Source: Escherichia phage Seurat. From it: a stretch of 56,776 nt of DNA. Within the stretch, counting starts at the first letter, position 1; each line of letters begins with the position of its first letter. Position numbers and translations under genes: made by a program. The notes below the pieces were generated by a model, which saw nothing but the letters and a program-made list of their open reading frames with translations, ran no database searches and was not told the origin of the DNA. The stretch lies in sequence record NC_027378.1, one strand, 5' to 3'. Below are positions 10,243 to 18,809 of this stretch, in pieces.

Positions 10243-10640
10243 AAGCGCGCAGACAGTTAATTGATAAGAAGATCCTCCAATGGGAACTAAATAGTAAAGT
10301 CCCCGGCGGGGGATCTTCTTTATTATCGCAACTGCAAAAGGTTGAGGAACAGTCTGGTAAGACGCCACCTAAGCTTAAGGAATATCGGGAAAAGGAAATA
10401 CCGCTTTGCTTCGAATATCTATCTACTTTATTTGATGATATCTACACTGGAGGGGATTTTAGTTATACAGAATTGCACAGCTATCAAGTGACAATGGGCT
10501 TACATCTTCAACCGTACGAATGCGAAATACTGCGGCAGCTATGGCTTGAAAAGCGCGTGTCAGAAGCTGAACAAAATGCTAAACTCATGGAAAGTCAAAT
10601 GCAAAATCAAAATAAAGGTAGAAGAAAAAGGAGAAGATAA
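9835..10640 (+). CDS. tail assembly chaperone GT (frameshift fusion product)
   Basis: -1 frame after 10239 encodes LKARRQLIDKK...KGRRKRRR with no stop until the TAA that overlaps the tape measure ATG. Confidence 0.55.
10233..10239 (+). other. programmed -1 ribosomal frameshift site (slippery heptamer T_TTT_TTC)
   Basis: X_XXY_YYZ heptamer in the zero frame at the end of G; the -1 frame stays open for 133 codons to the TAA at 10638-10640. Confidence 0.6.
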
Positions 10641-13600
10641 TGGCCGAAACCGCTTCGCTAGTAATCAGAGTTGACGCGAGAGGGATTAGTACCGCGGACT
10701 CTATGTTGCGGAACTTAGCGCGTACAGGTGACACAGCGGAGCGCTCTGCTCAACGTGTTACCTCCAGCTATAAAACATTGTCTAACACATCTAACGAACT
10801 TGCAACTGTCACAAGTCGTTTGGATGCTGCAATTGTAGGAATGATTAGCGTTGACACTATTAGCCGTGTTATATCGCTGTCTGACTCCTGGACCATCCTT
10901 ACCAACAAACTTGAACTAGCTCGTATGGGTAATGAAACCGTTGCGGATTCCCAGCAACGTGTATTTGATATTGCTCAGCGGTCACGTACAAGCTTGGAAG
11001 CAACTGCAACTCTATATTCCCGTCTCCAGCGTGCAATGAAGAATACTGGTATGACGGGTATGGAGCTTGGACGTATCACGGAAACAATCAACAAAGCGAT
11101 GATTGTTTCCGGTGCAACGTCACATGAAGCAAGCGCTGCCCTTATTCAGTTTTCGCAAGCAATGGCGTCCGGTGTTCTGCGCGGGGACGAATTCCGATCT
11201 GTTGCAGAACAAGCACCACGCTTAACCCAAATCATGTCCGATGCGTTAGGTGTTACCATTGGACAATTGCGTGAAATGGCTTACAGCGGCAAGTTGAGCG
11301 CCGATGTGGTTATCAAATCGTTGTCTGGTGCTGCGGATACAATTGATAAAGAATTTAGCCGCACTATGCCAACGTTTAACCAGCAATGGACGGTTGCAAC
11401 AAACAACTTGACTAAGTTCATGGGCGAATCCCAAAAGACTCAAGGTGCGGTTGCTGCATTGGGACAGACGTTTGTTGCGTTATCCGAAAACTTAGGAACG
11501 GTTGTAACAGTTGGTTCAGCTTTAGCCACAGTAATTACCGCCCGTATCATTACGGCAATGCTTGCTAAGACTAAAGCGTCTATAGCTGCTGCAAAAGCAT
11601 CACAAATGGAAGCTGCACAAACTGCGGCAACTACGGCGGTGATGCAAAGCTCTATTGGCGTTACCGCACAGAAAGCGGCTGCGGATCGTGCTGCTTCGCT
11701 TGCCGCGTTACAGGTTGCTCGCGGGTCATTAGCGGTTGCTAAGGGTACGGCAGCGGAAGCGGGCGCACGTCTTGCCCTTATTAACGCTACCCGTGCGCAT
11801 TCTGCGGCAATTATGGCGGACGTACAAGCGCGGCAAGCGCTCAATGCTGCTCTTAATGCAACTGTACCAGCCGCAAGCCGGGCGGCTACAGCAATGAGCG
11901 TGCTGCGCGGTGCTATGGGGTTAATTGGTGGTCCTGTTGGTGTAGCAATGCTGGCAGCGGGTGCAATTTACTCCTATAAAGCGTCGCTGGAAGCAGGTCG
12001 TGCGGAAAACAATCAGTTTGCGGATAGTGTTGACAGTGTACGCGATAAATTGATGCAAATGACGGAAGCTCAGCTGGCAGCTAACGCGGTCAAAGCTAGA
12101 GCAATCCTTCCGGAACTTGAAGAGCAACTGAAGCGGGAGCAGAACGCTCTAAAATCTGCAACAGAAACACAGAAGTTCTATGAAGCACAATTAAAACGCC
12201 GTGCCGCGTCCGGTCGTGATACAGCTAGTGCTGAGAAGAACTTACAAATTGCAACGGATAACGTCAAGCTTGCTGCCGAGCGTGCTGAAGAAGCTCAACG
12301 CCGTTACAACAATGTCTTAGAAATGACAAGCCCTGCTATCGAGAAGATAATTCCGTTAGCTCGTCAGCTTGCAGCTGATATGAAAGCAGTGCTTAATATC
12401 AAATCCGGTCCGCTTATTGACGAGAAAGTGCTTGATCGTTTTAAAGGTCAGTTAGGTGATGTCAACCGTGAGATTGATGTTAACACGGTTAAGGGTGCTG
12501 GCAATGCTCGCCAAGCTGCAATCCTTAGTGGACTGTATCAGACGCTGGGCAAGGATGCGGATACATACGGAAGTCTTATTCGCAAAGTAGCTATGGGTCA
12601 GGACGTTAGCTCAGAGGCAACAAGCGAATCCGCTAAAGAGCTTGTTAAATATGCTCAAGATTTAGCGCAAGCTCTTGGCAAAAACTACGATCTTGAAGAA
12701 GCAGAGAGAAACCGGACTAAAGCTACAAAAGACGGTATTAAAGCAGAACAACAGAACGCCAAAGTTATTGACGATTTACGCAACAAGCTTAACGAAGTAA
12801 CCACAGGAGTTAAGGAAAACGCCAAAGCAAAAGCTCAAGCTGTGGCTTTAAACAAGCTCAATACGTCTGCAACTGCCGCGGAAAAAGCAGAAGTTATGAG
12901 TCTTGCTGCTGCGATTTATGAAGCGGAAGAAGCTCAAAAGAAACTGGACGAGCGTAAAAAGAATCGTAAAGTTGCTCAAGGTCTGTTAGATGAAGGTATG
13001 ACGGACTATGAAAAAATCGCGTATGAGCAAAATACTAAGATTGCGGATCTTAATGCAAAACAACGGGCGGATGATCTAGCTCACTATCAGCTTTACGAAG
13101 ACGCTAAGACGCAAGTCCTGAAGAAAGCGAGCATGGAAAGGGAAAATCTGGATAAAGTTCTTATGAACCGAATGATATCCTTTTCTCAGGAATCCTTAGG
13201 TATTATAATGGATGGGCTGTCACAGGCTGTAAGCCAGCAGAACTTCTTTTATAAAGCTATGTTTGCAGCACAGAAAGCAATGCAAATCCCATCAATCCTT
13301 GCCAACACGGAAACGGCAGCATCTGCGGCGCTTGCATGGGGTACACAGCAAGGAGGTGCTACGATGGGTGCAACAATGGCAGCTATAGTGAAAACTATGG
13401 GTTATGCGTCCGCTGCTACTGTGGGTGGCTTAGCGATCGCTGGTATGGCTCACGACGGTATTGATAACGTTCCGCGTGAAGGTACATGGCTGCTGGATAA
13501 GGGTGAACGTGTACTTAATGCTCCGTCTAATGACAAGTTAAATCGCTTCCTGGATAGCCAAGCTTCACAACAAGGTGGCGTGAATATGTCCGGTGGTGTT

Positions 13601-13756
13601 AGCATTGTTCAGTATATCACGGTGCAAGGAAATGGCGATGCAGCACTCACACAAGCCATGCAAAAAGCGGCCCGTGATGGCGCTGAGCAGGGATATAATA
13701 AAGTTCTTAATGACTTTGCATCCCGAGGAACAATTCGTAGAACTGCAATGGGGTAA
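10640..13756 (+). CDS. tail tape measure protein
   Basis: 1038 aa, Ala/Gln-rich coiled-coil sequence, follows G/GT. Confidence 0.9.
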   Translation: MAETASLVIRVDARGISTADSMLRNLARTGDTAERSAQRVTSSYKTLSNTSNELATVTSRLDAAIVGMISVDTISRVISLSDSWTILTNKLELARMGNETVADSQQRVFDIAQRSRTSLEATATLYSRLQRAMKNTGMTGMELGRITETINKAMIVSGATSHEASAALIQFSQAMASGVLRGDEFRSVAEQAPRLTQIMSDALGVTIGQLREMAYSGKLSADVVIKSLSGAADTIDKEFSRTMPTFNQQWTVATNNLTKFMGESQKTQGAVAALGQTFVALSENLGTVVTVGSALATVITARIITAMLAKTKASIAAAKASQMEAAQTAATTAVMQSSIGVTAQKAAADRAASLAALQVARGSLAVAKGTAAEAGARLALINATRAHSAAIMADVQARQALNAALNATVPAASRAATAMSVLRGAMGLIGGPVGVAMLAAGAIYSYKASLEAGRAENNQFADSVDSVRDKLMQMTEAQLAANAVKARAILPELEEQLKREQNALKSATETQKFYEAQLKRRAASGRDTASAEKNLQIATDNVKLAAERAEEAQRRYNNVLEMTSPAIEKIIPLARQLAADMKAVLNIKSGPLIDEKVLDRFKGQLGDVNREIDVNTVKGAGNARQAAILSGLYQTLGKDADTYGSLIRKVAMGQDVSSEATSESAKELVKYAQDLAQALGKNYDLEEAERNRTKATKDGIKAEQQNAKVIDDLRNKLNEVTTGVKENAKAKAQAVALNKLNTSATAAEKAEVMSLAAAIYEAEEAQKKLDERKKNRKVAQGLLDEGMTDYEKIAYEQNTKIADLNAKQRADDLAHYQLYEDAKTQVLKKASMERENLDKVLMNRMISFSQESLGIIMDGLSQAVSQQNFFYKAMFAAQKAMQIPSILANTETAASAALAWGTQQGGATMGATMAAIVKTMGYASAATVGGLAIAGMAHDGIDNVPREGTWLLDKGERVLNAPSNDKLNRFLDSQASQQGGVNMSGGVSIVQYITVQGNGDAALTQAMQKAARDGAEQGYNKVLNDFASRGTIRRTAMG

Positions 13757-13759
13757 TAT

Positions 13760-14344
13760 ATGCTCACTTGGCCCGAAGAAATTAGACCGTCTGAGATGGA
13801 ATGGTATCTAGTTTCAAACTCTGTAGAATTTACAAGCCCCTTCAATGGGGCTTCCCAAACTGTGTCCTATCCTGGATCACGATGGGAAGCAACGTTGACA
13901 TTTAGTAATTTAAATGACTGGCAATCCAGAAAGCTCGAATCGACATTAGCTAAGCTTGATGGTAAAGCTGGTCGAATTATGCTTCAAGATTTTGGTCGTT
14001 GGGGACGCGCACCGATTGGATCACCTGTGGTTAACGGTGCAAACAATACAGGGACAACTTTATCAACTAAAGGTTGGACACCTAATAGAAAGGTTTTATG
14101 GGAAGGGGATTACATCGCAGTAAACAATGAATTAAAATTAATAACCGAGGATGCTTGGAGCGATTCTTCTGGCAACGTGATATTAAATATCGCCCCGATG
14201 CTAAGGACTATTCCACCGAATGGGGCTAAAATCGAAACTCAAAAGCCACAAGGGGCTTTCCGGTTAGCGGAAAATACTAACGGGGTTAAGCGTCAGCCAG
14301 CTTTTAATAATTCATTCACTCTAAAATTCTCGGAGGCGTTCTAA
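13760..14344 (+). CDS. minor tail protein (lambda gpM-like position)
   Basis: 194 aa directly after the tape measure. Confidence 0.5.
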   Translation: MLTWPEEIRPSEMEWYLVSNSVEFTSPFNGASQTVSYPGSRWEATLTFSNLNDWQSRKLESTLAKLDGKAGRIMLQDFGRWGRAPIGSPVVNGANNTGTTLSTKGWTPNRKVLWEGDYIAVNNELKLITEDAWSDSSGNVILNIAPMLRTIPPNGAKIETQKPQGAFRLAENTNGVKRQPAFNNSFTLKFSEAF

Positions 14345-14928
14345 TGCTATTCAGTCCTTTCAGCGATACGCTTCTCAACGCAATGGAGCAGCCGAACGTT
14401 AGTCTGGTGCTTGCTGCGGAAATTGACTTTCCTTCTGGTGTAACGCGTGTGCATACTGGGACAGGGGTTGTTGTTATTAATGGTCAGACTTTCCTTGGCG
14501 TTGGTACTCTTGGGGACGTTGGGTCCGTGACTGAGGAAAACAGCACTAGCTCCAGCACAATGTCCATGGCGCTTAGCGGTCTGGACATGAGTCTTGTTGG
14601 GGAGACATTAAACGAAGAAGTTATCGGGCGTAATGTTGTTTGCTATATTGCAGTGATGAACGATCAAGGTAATGTCATTGCTGCTAATATTTTATTTGAA
14701 GGTTTTATTACAGACACCGCATTACAAGCAGGTCAACAGAATGCCTTGAGTTATGTTATTTCCAACGTGTTTGAGCGTTGGTCACAAGGTTTACCGGATC
14801 GCTATACAGATGAAAGTCAACAGCGTTTATATCCAGGCGACCGTTTCTTTAGATACATTGCACAAATGGCTGAACGTTCAATCTTTTGGGGGAGTAAGAA
14901 AGATGCGCCAGGGTTTTCCTATGAGTAA
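14344..14928 (+). CDS. minor tail protein (lambda gpL-like position)
   Basis: 194 aa; start overlaps the previous stop. Confidence 0.5.
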   Translation: MLFSPFSDTLLNAMEQPNVSLVLAAEIDFPSGVTRVHTGTGVVVINGQTFLGVGTLGDVGSVTEENSTSSSTMSMALSGLDMSLVGETLNEEVIGRNVVCYIAVMNDQGNVIAANILFEGFITDTALQAGQQNALSYVISNVFERWSQGLPDRYTDESQQRLYPGDRFFRYIAQMAERSIFWGSKKDAPGFSYE

Positions 14929-15337
14929 GTTGCCGGGCTGGCAGACACGTTTATTAACCACAGTAAAGGAGTTGTCATCGACTCCTTTTTCTTGGGGTGA
15001 AAATGATTGCTGCACCTTCGCGGCTAAATGTGTTGATGCGCAATACGGCACAAATATCTACGAACAAGTTGCTGGAAAATATAGTACCGAGCTTGGAAGT
15101 AAAAAGTTCACTATTGAAAGAGTTGGAACCGCTTACCTTCCATTGTTATTGGATACTTACCTCAGCGAACGAGTTGACAAGAACTATGCGCAAAGAGGCG
15201 ATGTGGTTACATTTGAGGGAGCATTGGGCTTAACTGCTGGCATATTATGGACTGGATATGTATGGGCTATGGGTCCGAACGGTGTGGAAACATTCCCGCT
15301 TAATAAGATCAAAATTACGGATATTTGGAGGGTCTAA
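14903..15337 (+). CDS. tail assembly protein, gpK-like (possible NlpC/P60-type Cys peptidase)
   Basis: Reset to the ATG at 14903 with RBS GGGGGAG; WGENDCCTFAAKC Cys motif. Confidence 0.45.
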   Translation: MRQGFPMSKLPGWQTRLLTTVKELSSTPFSWGENDCCTFAAKCVDAQYGTNIYEQVAGKYSTELGSKKFTIERVGTAYLPLLLDTYLSERVDKNYAQRGDVVTFEGALGLTAGILWTGYVWAMGPNGVETFPLNKIKITDIWRV

Positions 15338-18300
15338 TGCCACCAGCAATAATTGGAGCAGCGATAGCTTTAGGTGCGTCAGCTGCTGCCGCGGCTAGTA
15401 TTATTTCGGCTACTACCGCTCTCGTTATCGGTATTGCTGCAACCGCGGCAGGTGCTCTTTTAACTAAGACACCAAATATGAACTTTGATGCTTACAAGGG
15501 GCAGCAAGAGCGTAAACAGGTTCTGCGTGCAGCTACAGCGTCACGTTCTGTTGTATATGGCACGACTGTAGCGTCCGGACTATTAGCATTTGCGGAGGAA
15601 GAAGCTGGAGATCAAGATGAAGGTGAATGGATGCATCTTGTTGTCGTTCTTGCCAGTCATAAATTGGAAGGTATTGAAACGATTTGGTTGGGTGATGACG
15701 GAATTGATTGGTTTGGTGAAAACGCTACTTGGGAGTTTCATAACGACCGTCAGACTGTTGACCCATTCATGTTAAAACATTGTCCTTCCTGGAAGGAGGA
15801 TATGATTGGCAAGGGTATTGCATGGCTACGTTTAAGCTTAAAGTTTGATGCTGAAAAATTCCCATCCGGTTTGCCAAACGTCAAGGTGTTGAAAAAGGGA
15901 CGTAGAATTTATGACCCACGTTCCGGTCAAACTGTCTTTAGCGATAACGCCGCTCTTGTTATTCTTGATTATTTCCGCACGTATTTAAAGCGCAAGGACG
16001 AGAATATTAACTGGGACCAATTCAAGGAAGCTGCTAACATCTGCGATGAGTTTGTTACTAACGCAGATAACACTACGGAAAGACGCTATCGCATTAACGG
16101 TGAGTTTGAAGTGGATGAAGCACCTGCCAAAATCCTTGATGCTATGCTTGAAGCTTGCGGCGGGGAGCTTACCTATATTGGCGGCAAGCATGGTCTGTTA
16201 GTTGGTGCTTATTACGGCCCAGCTACCATGACTTTGGATGAAAGCTGCATTGCTGGGGATATTAAAATAATCCCTGAGACGTCTTATAAAGAGCGTACCA
16301 ATACCATTACAGGTACATTCGTCGACCCGAAGCAAACATACGCTGAAGCAGATTTCCCTCCAGTTGTGGTTAAGGAATGGGTGGAAAAAGATGGCGGTGA
16401 AATAACGCAAGACATGGATTTCCGCTTTGTTACAAGTGAATATCAAGCTCAACGTCTTGCTAATATTATTTTACGTCGTAAGCGTGTTGGTCGAACAATT
16501 GAAGTTCCGTGTAACATGAAGGGGTATAAATTCCGCCCAGGCATGTATGTCAACGTAACCATTTCAAACATCGAAATGAAAAACGTTGAGATGCGCGTTA
16601 CTAAATGGTCATTCGATCTTAAAGGTGGGATTAATCTTGTCCTTCGTCAAGACTTCCTGGAAATGTGGGACGACGCTATTGGTAAACCAATGGAGCGCCC
16701 GGATCTGGTAGACCTTCCGTCTGGTGCTATTGCTCAACCGCAAAACCTTCAGTATCAGGTATTGCAGATTAGCGATGTTGTGCAGGGTGTTTTAACGTGG
16801 AGCAATATTGGGCAGGTAGCATATAACCGCGTAGCCGTGCGACAGGGAGGTACAACGGTTTGGACCGCACAAGTCCCTGGCCAAAACGTTCGCGTTACTG
16901 GGTTGCTGCGGGGCGCGTATACAGCGCATGTTCAAGCGGTAGCTTATAGCGGGGCAATATCGCCTGAAGCATATCTGGAATTTAATATTCAGGCTCCGCC
17001 GCCACCAACATCTATTGAAGTACAACAGGGTTACTTTGCTATAAGCCTAATCCCTAAATCTGCGGACCTTGCAAACGTTAGCACGCAGTATGATTTCTGG
17101 ACTTCCGGTGAAACAAGATTGTCATCTGTGTCTACAGACGTTGTTGAGCGTGAAGCAACTCGTAAAGGTATAGGCACAACCTGGACTTCGGAAGGTTTGA
17201 AGAATGACCACACTTATTACTGGTATGTCCGCACCATTAACGCTTTCGGATCATCTGCATTTGTAGAAGTAGCTGCATTGTGCTTTACAACAGCTACAGA
17301 TTTGATGCCACAAATTGATTCTGAATTCAAGAAGACGGAGACTTACAAAGAGCTTACTACTGAGATCACAGGTGTTAAAGACGGTGTTACTCAGCTTAGC
17401 CAAACTGTAGTGGAAACTGAACAGCGTTTAAGTCAAAGCGTTAGCAATGTTCAACAAAGCGTTATTACTTTGGACGGTGTTGTTCAGGATCAGGGCGTTA
17501 CCATTAACGAACAAGGACAGCTTATCGACGCACAGGGTAAGTTGATTGACACTCAAGGTAAGACTATTGAAACGGTTAGCGCGACCGTGCAGGAGACAAG
17601 TAAAGCAGTTGTAGATCTGGAAGGTAATGTTAACGCTCAATGGGGCGCTAAGGTACAGGTTGATAGTAAAGGACAAAAATACGTCGCTGGTATCCAGCTA
17701 GGTATGGAGGGTTCCGGTGGCGCTGTTCAGTCTTACTTTATGGTAAGTGCTAACAACTTTGCTATCTATAACCCGACAAACAGCGCCGCTGAATTAGCAT
17801 TTGCCGTTAAAAACGGTCAAGTGTTTATGAAGGCTACATTTATTGAAAATGGTACTATCGACAGTGCTAAGATAGCAAACCAAATTCAGTCAACAAACTA
17901 CGCTAACAATAGCGCGGGTTGGATGATTAACAAGAATGGTAGCGCTCAGTTTAACAACGTAACGATAAGAGGTACTGTATACGCTAACAACGGATCTTTC
18001 ACAGGCACAGTGAACGCAACAAGCGGTAAATTCAAGGGTACTGTGGAAGCTACCAGTTTTGTGGGTGATGTTGCGAATATGTGTGTCATTGCTGAGTCTG
18101 CAATACCAAACACACAAACTACAAGTTCAAGAACCTGGACAAAAACTTTCAAAGACTCATCTGGTTCAACATTATCTAAAGACTTTGTGTTGCTATTAAG
18201 TTATAGTTTAACTGCATATACATCAAAACAGGCGAGTCGTATAATTGTGACTGCTAACATAGGGGGGACATCAATTACAAGGAGGATTGAGCGAGCTGCT

Positions 18301-18459
18301 AATGGACCTGCGATGGATGTAACCATACCTTTAGCAGTGAAAGGAAAGACAGCGTCGCGCGTAACAATAAGCGTTAAGGAGGAGTATACGAACGTCTATG
18401 GGAGCTACTTGCGCCCGTCTGTAATATTAATGACTCGCGGAACTGGTAGTTGGTCGTAA
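15337..18459 (+). CDS. tail tip/host specificity protein, lambda gpJ-like
   Basis: Clear similarity to lambda J (YYWYVRTINAFGSSAFVEV vs lambda YYFYIRSVNTVGKSAFVEA; KYVAGIQLGMEG vs HYVAGIGLSMED); track start is TTG at 15325, reset to the ATG at 15337 with RBS GGAGGG. Confidence 0.85.
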   Translation: MPPAIIGAAIALGASAAAAASIISATTALVIGIAATAAGALLTKTPNMNFDAYKGQQERKQVLRAATASRSVVYGTTVASGLLAFAEEEAGDQDEGEWMHLVVVLASHKLEGIETIWLGDDGIDWFGENATWEFHNDRQTVDPFMLKHCPSWKEDMIGKGIAWLRLSLKFDAEKFPSGLPNVKVLKKGRRIYDPRSGQTVFSDNAALVILDYFRTYLKRKDENINWDQFKEAANICDEFVTNADNTTERRYRINGEFEVDEAPAKILDAMLEACGGELTYIGGKHGLLVGAYYGPATMTLDESCIAGDIKIIPETSYKERTNTITGTFVDPKQTYAEADFPPVVVKEWVEKDGGEITQDMDFRFVTSEYQAQRLANIILRRKRVGRTIEVPCNMKGYKFRPGMYVNVTISNIEMKNVEMRVTKWSFDLKGGINLVLRQDFLEMWDDAIGKPMERPDLVDLPSGAIAQPQNLQYQVLQISDVVQGVLTWSNIGQVAYNRVAVRQGGTTVWTAQVPGQNVRVTGLLRGAYTAHVQAVAYSGAISPEAYLEFNIQAPPPPTSIEVQQGYFAISLIPKSADLANVSTQYDFWTSGETRLSSVSTDVVEREATRKGIGTTWTSEGLKNDHTYYWYVRTINAFGSSAFVEVAALCFTTATDLMPQIDSEFKKTETYKELTTEITGVKDGVTQLSQTVVETEQRLSQSVSNVQQSVITLDGVVQDQGVTINEQGQLIDAQGKLIDTQGKTIETVSATVQETSKAVVDLEGNVNAQWGAKVQVDSKGQKYVAGIQLGMEGSGGAVQSYFMVSANNFAIYNPTNSAAELAFAVKNGQVFMKATFIENGTIDSAKIANQIQSTNYANNSAGWMINKNGSAQFNNVTIRGTVYANNGSFTGTVNATSGKFKGTVEATSFVGDVANMCVIAESAIPNTQTTSSRTWTKTFKDSSGSTLSKDFVLLLSYSLTAYTSKQASRIIVTANIGGTSITRRIERAANGPAMDVTIPLAVKGKTASRVTISVKEEYTNVYGSYLRPSVILMTRGTGSWS

Positions 18460-18466
18460 TAAATAA

Positions 18467-18494
18467 TTAACCCCTCAAACGAGGGGTTAATTTT
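18467..18494. terminator. bidirectional intrinsic terminator between J and the convergent lipoprotein gene
   Basis: TTAACCCCTC-aaac-GAGGGGTTAA perfect 10-bp stem with T-rich flanks on both strands. Confidence 0.6.
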
Positions 18495-18727
18495 CAATAA
18501 TCAATCACACAGTTTGAAGGTGAGCCAATTCGTCGGTATTCGTGATCAATTTCATGGCACCATTGCCCAGTCATTGGAAGCTTTTCGGTATTATAAATTA
18601 AAGAACCGTTACCATCGCGATCCAAAGGTTTTGGAATAACGCCGGAATTTGGTTTACCAGTATTTAAACCATTACCACATGCAGTGAGGGACAAACATAA
18701 TGCCAGCATAATTAGAGCGTGTTTCAT
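18494..18727 (-). CDS. small outer-membrane lipoprotein, candidate receptor-blocking superinfection exclusion protein (Cor/Llp-like)
   Basis: 77 aa; signal peptide MKHALIMLALCLSLTAC with lipobox LTAC; opposite strand between J and the side fibre; RBS AAAGGAG. Confidence 0.6.
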   Translation of the reverse strand: MKHALIMLALCLSLTACGNGLNTGKPNSGVIPKPLDRDGNGSLIYNTEKLPMTGQWCHEIDHEYRRIGSPSNCVIDY

Positions 18728-18763
18728 CGGGACTCCTTTGTGTTGTTGTCAAGGTTCAATTTT

Positions 18764-18791
18764 AATATACTTGTTGTGTTGAGTAAGTCAA
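18764..18791 (-). promoter_or_regulatory. sigma70-like promoter for the lipoprotein gene
   Basis: TTGACT-N16-TATATT on the minus strand about 40 nt upstream of the lipoprotein ATG. Confidence 0.45.
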
Positions 18792-18809
18792 ATAAATGTG
18801 GGAGATATT

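Noticed and set aside
11440-11844. Antisense ORFs inside the tape measure gene (also 11246-11443 and 11921-12127)
   Set aside because: Ala-rich artefacts of the GC-rich, repetitive tape measure coding sequence; no RBS and fully overlapped by a long, well-supported gene.
14753-14902. Upstream extension of the gpK-like ORF overlapping the end of the previous gene
   Set aside because: Overlaps 150 nt of the preceding gene in another frame; an ATG with RBS GGGGGAG at 14903 is the likely start.
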